DNA of 64,000 nucleotides from Psilocybe cubensis. Lineage: Eukaryota. The DNA lies in the NCBI GenBank assembly GCA_017499595.2, contig CM039006.1, forward strand, positions 1,612,001 to 1,676,000, in the 5' to 3' direction. The position numbers were made by a program, and so were the translations under genes. Under the pieces are notes generated by a model that searched no databases, was not told the DNA's origin, and saw only the letters and a list, made by a program, of their open reading frames with translations. Numbering within the stretch: the first letter of the stretch is position 1; every line of letters begins with the position of its first letter. Positions 16,069 to 27,360 of the stretch are shown here, in pieces.

Positions 16069-17219
16069 GTAACCTACTGCGCCACCCGCTTCTCGCTTCG
16101 CATTAATTGTAGAACTCGACGTAGCTTAATCATTCCTTTCACCACACGCTCATTTGTTAGTCCTAGGGGTTCCTGTCGCGTAGTTTTTGTCCTACAAACC
16201 GAATAGATATCACCGTATTAGTTGCATGGCGAGAGTGTTGACCATGTAAGATATGTAGGCGCGCTATCTATTCTTTTGCAGAAGTGAGGCGGTAGTCAAA
16301 TAATTACGGATACAGACACGACCGTTTAATTTTCGTGCTCAAGCTCCGCATGACCTTCTTGTCATAAAATCAAACCTGAAATTTATTGACGCGACGACTC
16401 ATGCTACGCAGATGAGTTTGATCTGCACATTTCGGAAAGGGTTGTTAGCGCAAATCGTTTGCGGATACAACCTGGATTTCATTTTTCCGATCGTGGCAAA
16501 CGCTCTGAGCCTGATTTCCCGAGGCGATGTATCGTGAGTCCGACGGTCGTCCTGGGTCGTCCCTTCAACAAGTTACAACACATGCGCGCATCTTTCCTTT
16601 CCCTGTTAAATGTGAAATAGACGTCGTGCACGTTAATGAGCTTAGTTACTTAAATATGGATGGAAAGAGAGATAGTGCTGACCTTTCTCTCGTTTACACA
16701 TGCTGTCTTATGGCCCATCATTGCAATACATCAGAGAAGACATCCATCGGTTCAACAACAATATGAGTAGATTGTTGGAGAAACCGAGTGATACTTGTCG
16801 TGATTGTGGTTCAGAGAAACTACATGGATTGTTCCTTGCATGATGCGTTCGAAAACAATACGAAATAGTGGTCGACCTGGATGTACGGGTTCGGTCATCG
16901 TCTTCGGGTCAGTCAGAGAGTTGGGCAGGGGAAACTCGTCGTGGAGAGATGTAAATGTTATGTGTCCGAGCGTACGCATGATGTATAAATTGCACTGCAG
17001 ACAATATGAAGTTGTTAAACGGCGATTGTCGTTCCAGCAGGTCCCACATGTTTGAACGCTTTACGGCTGAAAATGAACACTGTATCAAATTATAAAAAGT
17101 TACAGGGCATGTCAACTTACCTGTACATGTACAACATGTGCCCCCGCTAAGTCGGTAAGTGGTCGATGTGATCGTACAGAATGGTGGTACCGATGCACCA
17201 CATGCCCTGGACGTACATA

Positions 17220-17313
17220 CCCCAACCTAGCCTCGCGAGCCAGGCCTTCTGTGAATCTCGTCTCTTCCCCAACCTAGCCTCGCGAGCCAGGCCTTCTGTG
17301 AATCTCGTCTCTT
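17220..17313. repeat. Exact 47-bp tandem duplication spanning the left end of the TIR element
   Basis: CCCCAACCTAGCCTCGCGAGCCAGGCCTTCTGTGAATCTCGTCTCTT occurs at 17220-17266 and again at 17267-17313. Confidence 0.95.
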
Positions 17314-18186
17314 TTCTGGATAAGGCAGGTACCGAGTGATATGTTTGTACAAATGTTGTCTTTATTTATGTCGTCAAACATTGATCGGAGTGCGAAAAGA
17401 GAGAGATTCACAGTAGGCTCGTACACCAGTCGTTTCTGACTCAGCATATTTCGAGCTCCGCTCGGTTTCGTCAGAAACGGCTGGGCCAAACGGTTCGGTT
17501 TTGGCAGAGTCACGCTTTGTCACGTCGGACTTGAGTGAAATTCGAACAACTACGTCGATTGCGACCACTACCCGTCCGCCTCCCCCTCGAATTCTGAATC
17601 CTCTGAATCCTCAATAACATCGTACTCCTCCTCTATTTCCTCAAGATCCATGTCAAGGTCAAACCCTGCATGCTAGACTCGCCCATACTGTCTGAAGCTG
17701 AAGCATGATTTGAATCTACAGAGGATGTAGAGACTGCATTTGGGACAATCTGGGTATCCAGAGGTTCACTTTTGATGGAGGTGGGATGTGCAGGTATGTC
17801 TCTTTCATTGTCTGTTTCATCTGCAGAGACTGGGTTCATTAACCGCCCGGACCTGCCATCTAATTTTAGAAGCAGTTCACCTGCGCCATGATATATGATT
17901 TTTCGGCTCAAATTACAAGTCATTTTTTTCTCAAAAATTTTTTTTTTCGTGACCTTGTAAAAATGAATTTTATTATAAAAGAAACCTATCTAAATGATTC
18001 TGTAGACAACTTTTTTTTAAATTGTGGAAGGTTGTTGTTGAGGCAAATCGCGTTTTTTTCACTAAGTCCGAGTCACAAAACGAGGATTCCCTCAAATCCG
18101 AACCGTTTGTCCCCAGATAGAATGGATTATTATAATCGTAATATCCGCCGGACACTCCGTCCGGCGGACAACACGTGACTCACGTG

Positions 18187-18635
18187 ACCACCGCGGTGAT
18201 GAAATTGACATGTTAGTTTTCACCACTGAAGTGGTCGAATCCGACATGTAAATCTGATCACTCCAGTGATCAAGTACAGCATGTCAGTATGACCACTTCA
18301 GTGGTGGAATATAGCAAGTTTATTTCAGCACTGAAGTGGTGAAATTAATATGTTAGAGTTTACCACTTCAGTGCTGAAATTGATTTGTTGTATTCCACCA
18401 CTGCAGTGGTCATAATTGTGTGTCAGATAGAATAAATACAATCCTAAGAATACTAACTATTACTACTTTTATAATTCCTACACCACTGGAGTGGTAAGAT
18501 TTTGAATGTATCTTATATCACTCAAGTGCTAGAACAGTGTATATGATTTGTACCACTGAAGTGGTGAAATAGTCTACATTACTTGTACCACTGCAGTGGT
18601 AGAACTTTTGGCTTCAATCTCACCACTCCAATGCT
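18187..18635. repeat. Array of 12 palindromic 14-mers (ACCACTNNAGTGGT) at an exact 35-bp period with divergent 21-bp spacers
   Basis: Copies start at 18187, 18222, 18257, 18292, 18327, 18362, 18397, then 18482, 18517, 18552, 18587, 18622. Confidence 0.92.
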
Positions 18636-18663
18636 TGCCATATTTGAGCAGTTTTTTTATGTC

Positions 18664-18781
18664 TTAGGGTTGGATTAATTAGTTAGTTAGTTTAGGGTTG
18701 GGATTAGGTAGTTTAGGGTTGGGTGTAGGGGTTAGGGGTTAGGGGTTAGGGATTAGGGATTAGGGATTAGGGATTAGGGTT
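18664..18781 (+). repeat. Interstitial telomere-like tract
   Basis: Scattered TTAGGG units, then contiguous (TTAGGGG)2(TTAGGGA)4TTAGGG at 18732-18779. Confidence 0.9.
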
Positions 18782-19065
18782 GTTGAGTATATACAAAGCG
18801 CGCGAGAGCGCGCGCGCGCAATGTTGAGACGCGACATGACGAGTTAGTCACGTGAGTCTGTCCGGCGGATGTCCGGCGGACGCGCGGACACAGTAATCCA
18901 TTCGGTCTCCCTTTGTCCCAGGCCTTCTGTGAATCTCTCTCTTTTCGCACTCCGATCAATGTTTGACGACATAAACAAAGACAACATTTGTACAAACATA
19001 TCACTCGGTACCTGCCTTATCTAGAAAAGAGACGAGATTCACAGAAGGCCTGGCTCGCGAGGCTA

Positions 19066-19098
19066 ACCAAACGCCTTCGACCACTCGGCCATCTCACC
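19066..19098 (-). pseudogene. 5' half of a tRNA gene (Leu-like), truncated at the anticodon loop by the TIR element
   Basis: Minus strand reads GGTGAGA TG GCCGAGTGGTCGAAGGC G TTTGG T: acceptor 5' strand, D-arm with A-box TGGCCGAGTGG, and anticodon-stem 5' strand. The element terminus follows immediately. Confidence 0.7.
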
Positions 19099-19366
19099 AA
19101 AGACAAACAAATAATTACTTAAGCAGCGTCATCTTCCGGAAGTCACCGGACATGCGCCCAAATCGGCTTCTCGGCAGTCTCGAATTCTTGGAAAATCAGA
19201 GTCTCAGACCTCTGTCGGGAGCATTTTTACGCCAACGATTTGAGAGGATAACTATCAATTTACCATTACAATTGAAACCTATTGGAATAAAAAAAATGTG
19301 GATTTGAAACTATATTATGTTTAACGACAGTCATAGTTCCCAGAATTCTGTCAATGATGAAGCTAC

Positions 19367-20288
19367 TTAGACCTTCAAGGGCTTCCTAGCTTGGGATATG
19401 AAGAGTGTTGCGTCTCTTCCATGGCTTTGGAAATCCATGATACGCTCAAAGACAAATGAATCAAGCCCTGCTCCTTCCATCAAATCCTTCATCTCTTTCT
19501 CTGTGAACCCGTTTGTATGAGCAACAACGTGTCCAAACTCTTGTGGAAATATCGACGGATCGGCAGAATTGGCATCCTGCCTTGGTGTGTTGTCTACAAC
19601 AAACAACACTCCTCCAGGTTTGAGGAAAAATGCGAGGGTCTTGGTTATTTCTTCAACAGCTGTAAAGTGATGATATGAAGCGGAGCACTGAGCGAGGAAA
19701 GTTGAAACTTTAGCAACAGCACTAGGATATCCCAATTCAATAATGTTGCGCACCGTGATGACGTCGAACTTGAGACCATCAAGTTCGCCTTCGACTCCCT
19801 TTAATTCGGTGCATACAGCTTTCATCTTGTCGGATGAAATCCCGTTCTCTTTGACGTATTTATTGAACAATTCTACCGGCTTTTCGGAAATGTCTACACC
19901 AATTAAAAGCTTGGTGTATGGCTCGAGTCCGCGTGTAAAAAGTCCTGAAAGAGAATTCGTTTTAATATCCCTGAAGTTGCCTCTGGTAAGGGTATCATCA
20001 CCTATATTACATGCGAAATCCATGACAGTAGTCGATTCCTTGTTGAAAGCGTAGCGGCTGAGGACTGCCTCGACGGCTCTACAAAAAGATATATAAACAA
20101 ATAGTTTTAACTGAGATCTCAGAATTGACCGACTTGTTAATGAAATTTTGCAAGTCAAATTCTGGATCTTGTGGCATTTTGACTTCCTTGTAGTCCATGT
20201 CATTGAAAAATTTCTTGTTAGCTTCGGCGAGAACATCGACACCGTGAGCGTGATGGTGGTGATGGCTATGGCTTCCGTTGTCTGACAT
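19367..20288 (-). CDS. Class I SAM-dependent methyltransferase with His-rich N-terminus; multi-exon
   Basis: Motif I-like TVMDFACNIG, LIGVDIS, KFDVIT.CSASYHH, LAFFLKPGGVLFVVD. Confidence 0.9.
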
Positions 20289-20891
20289 GGAGAATCTACG
20301 GCAATGTGAACAATCAGTTTAGTTGGGCGCTTGAAGTTAAGCCAGTGTCCGTGTAGTACCCACATATGAAGATGATCTGTAGGTATAACTGGTTGAGAAC
20401 ACGCGGGATTTGGTTGGAGAGATGACTGGTTGAATGTGCAGTGGGCATCCTTTTAACCGTATCTGCTCCATGAACGTGACTGTGGAATTCTTGACAAAGC
20501 TCCAACATGTTTCTAAGCGCTGTAGGCATCTATCAACTATCAAAGGGAATTGTGTGCAAGGATATAGTGATCCTGATTGGTTGGACTACGTTCACTACTG
20601 GTCAGGTACCCTCAAATGCCGTTTTATGGCTATCCTTCTTGTTATTCTTCTGTAATGTTGTTTACAAACCATGTAAAAACATTGCCAGTTTTCCAAATTT
20701 GTCGTGACGCTGACTGGAGCGGTCCTCTGGAAGTGCCACGTCAAAACATCGGCCTACATCGGCGGTCCTACACGCTTCTGGAGTACCCGTGGTTAATGTA
20801 TAAATAATTATCTAAACCTCGTTGAACAGGCCAATGAATGTGTATTGAACGTTGGATAACACGATGACACGGTTCGACAAAAATAAGAGAG

Positions 20892-20963
20892 CTCTCTGTC
20901 TGGGAGTCGAACCCAGCTTTCGCGCGTGACAGGCGCGTGTACTAACCGATATACTAACAAAGA
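20892..20963 (-). tRNA. tRNA-Asp(GTC), intronless, 72 nt
   Basis: TCTTTGTTAGTATATCGGTTAGTACACGCGCCTGTCACGCGCGAAAGCTGGGTTCGACTCCCAGACAGAGAG folds as a cloverleaf: anticodon stem CGCGC/GCGCG with GTC, T-loop TTCGACT. Confidence 0.97.
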
Positions 20964-21117
20964 CATGTTGATTGATGTTGCGCAAATGGAATCAATCGTC
21001 TCGACAAATCGATAACTCAGGTTAGAGAACAAACCTGTTGTACCCGCTAAATGATGCGTATATGGCCCATTGGCCATGAGTGAACCGATGAAGTACAGGA
21101 TTTGTACAGTACTAATT

Positions 21118-24100
21118 TCACTCCTCAGAGAGCCAATCCTTCAAGTTTTCAGTTGATCTCTGGATCACACCATTATTAGAACAATTCAAAAATTTAGCAA
21201 CGGTTGCTTTACCTCAATATATTTGATTCTAGTCTGAATTCCATCCAACGCCTGTTCGAGGGTCTGGTTATACGCCGATGTATCCTTAGACTGTATTATT
21301 TCAGTAATCTTCAGTTCTTGTCACTGTAGCAAATATAGGGCTCAACTTACTTGGAAAAATTTCACTGCTCCTTCGTAATCCTCAGTAGTTGAGTAGAACG
21401 ATATAGCGGCCTTGTATCTAAATGAGTCTCCTTTTTTTAAAAACAATGATAATCAGTATACTCACAGGGAAAAGCAATTTCAAAGAAAATGACCCTTTGA
21501 ACCTGGCGTAAAGCTGCAAAGTCCGAGATAAAGGTATCATAAAATAAAACATTAAAAGATTCAAGTACCGTATCATAGTTGTCCTGTACATATTTCGTGA
21601 AAGGTCGGCGTGCGATAGCGTTGGATCCCAAAGCGTTGAAAATCGTGCCAACGTCGGGATTCTGTGCCTTGTGGGAGATGAAATCGAATGTCTCTTGGAT
21701 CAGAGAGAGATTTCGCGGCGCTCCCAAGGCACGCCTGAATGGTTAGGTTAATATTGTTCAATGACCATGGTCCTCTGTAGGCGATCGTAACTCACGCAGC
21801 CGAGTATTGCTCACCGGGAGTTTTTGGTTTATTGTAAATCTTCACTATGGCATCGTATTCCTCACGACCGCCATGTTGAACTGCCTAGTAGTGTGATAAA
21901 CTTCAGTGGAATGAACTATGAACTCAGAAACCCACTTACCACCGAGTAAATAGAACCTTGAAGATCAGGTGGTATCAATGTTTCGTCTCCCGTTTTTTGG
22001 TAGGCCCTGAATCGATTCAACAATTCGCCGACGACGCTAACTCGATATTAGTCCACCGATTTAACTACGTTCGACTTAAAAAACCGTACCTTGAATCACC
22101 CGCCTGATATGCATGCTCAACAGCCAGCGTTCTGAGAAGCATTTTATCTATCGCCTCTCCCTTGGGATACCGGTACCCAAGTTTTTCCACCAGAGGGGCA
22201 AACAACGACTAATAGAGTGATTCAGCAGTCGTCCGTATATAGGAAGCCTTATAGGGTGCCCAATAGCAAACTCACACGACGAAATGCGTCCAGCTTTTCG
22301 ACAATATCGTGATATTCCCACCAAACATCGCGTACGGAAGACAGGGTTTCTGCGATAGCCTGCCAGACAAGATCTACAACGCAGAGATTTTCGTCAGTGG
22401 AATGTAAGAAACGCAAGTTATATATATTTCTCACACTCTTTTTCGTCCTTTAGCTGGGAAATCAGGTCAAGTGTGTTGCTTAGTTTTAGCAAACCGGCCT
22501 TTGACAGTGCTGCGGCGTCATTGACCAGCCCTATCCTATCATCCACATTAAAGATAGAATCTGGTTTTGCTGCCTCCCTAGATATCAATGACAAGCGCTC
22601 AGGAGTGTACAAAACCCTGACTAAAAAGTAGAGTCATTAGAACAGAGGGATGGGACATTACAGATACTTCGATACCTACACACTCCATTAGTCCCCGCGT
22701 TCAGTTTAAATGGTTTAGTTGTGTCCAATGCGATGTTCATTTCCCGTTCTCTCAGTACTAGGGATTTATCGATGACAATTTTCCTTCCCCACACCTTCCC
22801 GGGTTTTGTCGATACTAAAGCCACAGGGATATTCCTAGATTTAGGGAAACATTTAATTCACCATCCTACAGTGTTAATGTATAACTTACCAGAGAGTGTC
22901 ATTGTCGTACTCCGGCTCACGACCGGATTCTAGGAACCGATCTTGACGAACTGTGATTCCACCGACGCTCTCCGTTACGGTCACAACAGGAAACCCAGTC
23001 TTGGTTATCCAGTTATCCATAAGCTCTGCGATATCAAGCCCAGTAGTTGAACTTATCCCATCCCAAAGGTCACGAGTAACGCTATTCTCATAAAGCTTTC
23101 GTTTGAGGTAAGCCGACACACCTGCCAAAAATTTATCTTCCCCCACGTAGAACGATAGCATGCGGAAGACTACATGTCAACTATTGTAAGTTATGGTGGC
23201 CGTATACGTCATTTCTAGCCTACCTGAAGCGGCTTTCTGGTAGGATAAAAGGTTGAACATCTACCAAGCGCCATAAGAATGATACAGGGACACCTAACAT
23301 TGGATAGATTACCTGGTTAATTGACTCCGTATCAGGGCATTCCATTTCGATGGGATGAGAAGATAATTTTGCATCGAGATTCAACGCAGGGTTAAGATGC
23401 TCGGTAATGAACTTGGAGTTTACTTTCCATTCCGGGAACACCCTGTACGTGGGTTAGGATGACATCGAATGACTGTTGTGAGGGGGAATTATACCTGTCT
23501 ACAGACGGGAAATGTCACTTTTGATTTATTATATAAGAAGCACCACCGACTCACCTAGAACGATTACTTCGCCAATCTATCCTGTAATTAGCCCCGTCAG
23601 ATTGCGGGTGAAATCACATTCGTACCAAAGTCGCGAATCCTTGTTGCAAGAAATGGATCGATTATTCGGGGAGGCATATTTTGTAAGGGGTGAGCATACC
23701 CTCATTGAGATAGAGATAATTCCACCATTCCATAGTGGTGATATCGCCAAACCTTGAGCAGATTGTTGTAAGGTAAAAATATGATCGTGCAAAATTGGTA
23801 ACTCACCAAAGATGTGCTATTTCATGGCTTTGCGTAGACGCCACCCGCTTCTTGGCGAGCAGGTCTGCGTTGTCAGTGTCAAGTAAGAAGGCAGCAGAGC
23901 GGCCGATAATTAAACCCCAGTTCTCCATGGCACCGTCTACGATGTTTCCCTGTCATTTGCCAAAAAAAAAAAACAGGTCAAAAAGGTTGCGTCGGTCGGT
24001 CGTAATACACATACTGCAACTGTATCAAGTTTAGGAAGCGGGTACTCGACACCGAGTATTCTTTCGTACAGGGGAAGAACAGACGCAGTAACACCTAAGA

Positions 24101-25062
24101 CGAATTCGGCTTGACTGACTTTAGCGGGAGAAGCTACCAAAACGTGAAAATTGTATCATAGGTGAATCAAGAGATCAACTTACTGTAAATCCGGAGAGGG
24201 ATGGTCTTGCGGCTGAGCGGCATGACGACCGACTTTTCCAAAAACTTGAATGGACCGTTCGCCAGCGCCACGATGTATGTCGACATTGGAGGGGTAGTAT
24301 CAAATTTTGTGATTTTCCATGTCTCGGCGTCGAGTCCCTCGAGAATTGGCTGTTCTGATAGAGCAGGCATGTTGCTCAAGCTTACGGTATCAGCACGCGA
24401 TATCATGGTGATAGTAAACGTCGCTTTTAGGAGAGGTTCGTCCCAGCACGGAAAAGCGCTCCTAGCTGCGGTGGGCTATCAAAAAGTTTTCAGAATGAGA
24501 TAGCGTATCCAGCGCATGATGCACATACCTGAAACTGCGTGAGTGCATAGTACTCAGTTCTTCCTTCATATTCCCAAGAGCCGCGAAGGTAGCCCATCAT
24601 GTTTCCTCCTAGCTTCCCAGAGAAGTATATCTTCAGTTTTGTTTGAGAACCAGACGGAAGCTTCTCATCCAGTTTGTATGTGACGCGCTCTTGCGCCTCG
24701 TCTGTCTGCACCACGGCTACAGGTTTCTCCCCCTCTTCGGACAATATGGTGCTAATACCATTATTATTGCTGATGCAAGGGTTCGAACATAAGACTGAAA
24801 ACGCACGCATTTGTTAGCTCTAGACGCGATACATTGAGCGTGATTGTCGACGTATCCTTCTTAACTTCAAGGCTAGCAAGAGACTCGGTCAAATTATAAC
24901 AAAAGACACCCGAGAGTCTGAGTCTCCGTACGCGATTATGACAACGCCCTCGAACGTAGCCTTCTTCAAGTCAGTTTTGAACGTGAGATCATAGTGCGTC
25001 GGCTTGACATTTGTAGGCAGCCTGTATTCGCTCTGCTCTTTCTCCTGGCGATTAGGCTTCAT
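21118..25062 (-). CDS. M1 family zinc aminopeptidase (Ape2/puromycin-sensitive type), full-length; many introns
   Basis: YRLPTNVKPTHYDL, LTQFQ|PTAARSAFPCWDEP, FDTTPPMSTYI, GAMENWG, HEIAHLWFG..WWNYLYLNEG, C-terminal domain ending LKDWLSEE* at 21118. Confidence 0.92.
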
Positions 25063-26311
25063 TTTGGAGCTTGTTGATGGTTCAAATTGAAGGGTGCTGA
25101 GGACTTTTCGGAGGGTTCAGTTATATGGCGTCCAGACAAGGTCGCGCAGCTCTATTTCTCCAGGCGGTTACAGTCAGGTGAGAATGAGCATATGGGCACC
25201 ATGTTCCTGTGAAAAGATCGCAGTAGTATATCCGTAAGGACGTTCATAGTGAACTCCACAGTGGTTTCGCATAGGAGACTGCTCTAGATAGACAAACCCC
25301 GATACTTAGTACATAGTAGACACCCTAGTGTAGAAAGGTGAGGAACGCTCACGCGTGCGTCTTAGCTTTCTTGTTGCACGATAATAAATAGATTACAAAC
25401 AAAGCATAGGAGACTGCGTTTCCATTGCTTAGTCAGCTTATCACAATTACGGCAGCACCGGCATGAATGTGCGCGTATCAACGCGACCTCGCGCACGCAA
25501 TCTGGAACACCTCGACGCAGCCAAAACTGTGCGCAGTACAGTAGCATAACTAGGCGAAGAAACAAAATTACATCACGGTGACGTAGACCAATCTTTCACT
25601 TTTTATTTGACGAGAACTCGGGAAATGGTACAAAGCTCCCAAGCAAACCAAATAAATTTGAACAATGGTCTTTTTACCAATGTCATCGCAGCCAGAGTCA
25701 TTGGAACGAAGGAGAGAGAGAAATATATGCAAAAGGCTACAAGTCTCAGGACTCGATTTTTTGTGCAATGCATAGAAATCAAAACAATATAAAGAGAATA
25801 AAAGTAAAAGGGTATGGTTGCTGCATAGAAATCGAAAGAATATAGAAAAATAAAAGTGAAATAGGGTGTTCGTTTCGTGCCCTTGCTCGGTCTACCTGCC
25901 ACCTTGAATGCCTTTCCGCTCAACATAGCGTTTCTCGCGTCTTCATACAGCGTATTAATATCCCAATTATGTTTGCATCTGTATTGCGTAACCTGTTTCC
26001 TGTGCCAATCCAGACGGTCCACAGATTCTTACCTTTTGACCTTTAAAACATCTTCATCAACGCGCAACCTCTTACCCTCTAATTCATAAAAAAAAGTTCC
26101 TCCGGCGGCCCGTCGCGGTGTTCGAGTCGAAGGCATAAGAAGCGATGGTGGGTATGGTCATGTTCCCAATTCCAACGAAGCGTAACTTAAAGGAGGCACA
26201 ACCCTTCTACAGATTGGCTTCTCGAAGTAAAAGAGGTGCCGGGCCCACAACGCAACCCGAGCGACGCGACCGGTTAGTTACACGTGACTGTTCCGCTTCA
26301 TCACTACTTGA

Positions 26312-26437
26312 ATGCTACACAACTCCTCCTCTCCGCGGGACAAAGAGCCCACCCTGCGCAAATGGCAAGAGGAGCGCAGAGCGCGGCAAATACGAGTCTG
26401 CCGTTCTTCACCTTTCGCACATTGTATGTCTCCCTTC
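26312..26437 (+). pseudogene. Decayed 5' fragment of SAM50 (copy 1)
   Basis: MLHNSSSPRDKEP.. matches 56684 onward but has a 12-bp and an 11-bp (frameshifting) deletion and ends in intron 1. Confidence 0.88.
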
Positions 26438-26559
26438 CATTGCTTAATCAGCATATCACAATTACAGCAGCACCGGCCTTGCGCACGCAATATCTGGAAT
26501 ACCTCGACGCAGCCAAAACTGTGCGCAGTAGCCAACCCCATCGCCAGTCTGCCTCTGCC

Positions 26560-27360
26560 CGCCACCCCTCAATGTTCTTCGACCCGGTCTGCACATAGTC
26601 CGGTTTTCATTATGACTTGTGGGCTCTATCCACATGCCTCAATGTCGTTCAACCCAATCTGCACATAGTCCGGCTATGCACTACAACGCCCGCGGCAGGA
26701 AGTAGGCCAACCTGTTTTATTTGTCAACAAGGTGCACAACACATGGGCTCTACTCACATACACACTGTCCACCTCTATCCACTCGCCTCGCCTTGATGTT
26801 GTTCAACCCGGTGTCGACGCCGCCGCCTGTGGCCGTTGCGCTAGAGATCCGCAGTGTTAGTTCATCATCAGAGTGGGGGAGGATTCTACTCACGCATACA
26901 CCGTCGGCCTCAAACATGCGCCTGGCCTCAATTTTGAGGACGCCGGTGTTGAGGCCGCTTATTGTCGCTACACTAGAGGTCACACAGTGCCACGTCGTTA
27001 GTCCATCATCAGAGTAGGGGAGGGCTCTACGCCTCGCCTCAATCAACCTGGTGTTGACGCCGCCGCCTGTGGTTGTTGCGCTGGAAATGCGCAGAGTTAG
27101 TTCATTATCAGAATGGGGGAGGGTTCTGCTCACGCATACACCGGTGTCGAGGCCGCCTGCAGTCGGTCCGCTAGAGGTTCGCAGTGTTAGTCCATCCTCA
27201 GAGTGGGGGGGCTCTACTCACACATACACCCTCAGCCGCTGTCTGCCTCCCACCCGCATCTCGCCTCAATGTCGTTGAACCCGGTGTCGAGGAAGCCTGC
27301 GGCCGTTGCACTAGAGGTCCGCATAGTGCCACATCATTAGTCAATCATCAGAGTAGGGGA
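26560..27360. repeat. Degenerate ~90-150-bp tandem repeats (also at +10103 and +20206)
   Basis: Core TTAGT(C/T)CATCATCAGAGT(G/A)GGG near 26857, 26998, 27097, 27187 and 27337, with recurring CCGGTGTCGA.GCCGCC. Confidence 0.85.

Larger units (their letters stand above)
18114..18911. mobile_element. Nested non-autonomous element with imperfect TIRs and an 8-bp TSD
   Basis: Direct repeat TTTGTCCC at 18106-18113 and 18912-18919. Inverted terminal motifs GAATGGATTA/TAATCCATTC, TCCGCCGGACA/TGTCCGGCGGA and GACTCACGTGAC/GTCACGTGAGTC. Confidence 0.7.
17275..19065. mobile_element. Non-autonomous TIR DNA transposon with 144-bp TIRs, TAG...CTA termini (Academ-like)
   Basis: 17275-17418 and 18922-19065 are reverse complements with 3 mismatches seen; termini TAGCCTCGCGAGCCAGG...CCTGGCTCGCGAGGCTA. 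No transposase ORF. The superfamily is inferred from the terminal sequence only. Confidence 0.75.

Noticed and set aside
16700-17220. Possible minus-strand gene fragment with an intron-like GTAAGT...TACAG segment, cut by the TIR element
   Set aside because: No recognisable domain and no consistent reading frame.
17570-17920. CpG-poor ORF remnant inside the TIR element as a transposase fragment
   Set aside because: Low-complexity S/D/E-rich translation with no catalytic motif.
18187-18635. True CRISPR array
   Set aside because: Eukaryotic context, no cas genes, repeats only 14 bp and degenerate, spacers mutually similar, and the array lies within a TIR element.
25600-26300. Minus-strand ORF or Pol III ncRNA between the aminopeptidase and SAM50 (GTTCGAGTC box, A8 run)
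   Set aside because: The ORF is interrupted in copy 4, and no tRNA or snRNA fold or conserved box set could be built.
26750-27133. 127-aa repeat ORF as a real protein
   Set aside because: Openness on both strands is explained by GC-rich tandem repeats; there is no family signal.
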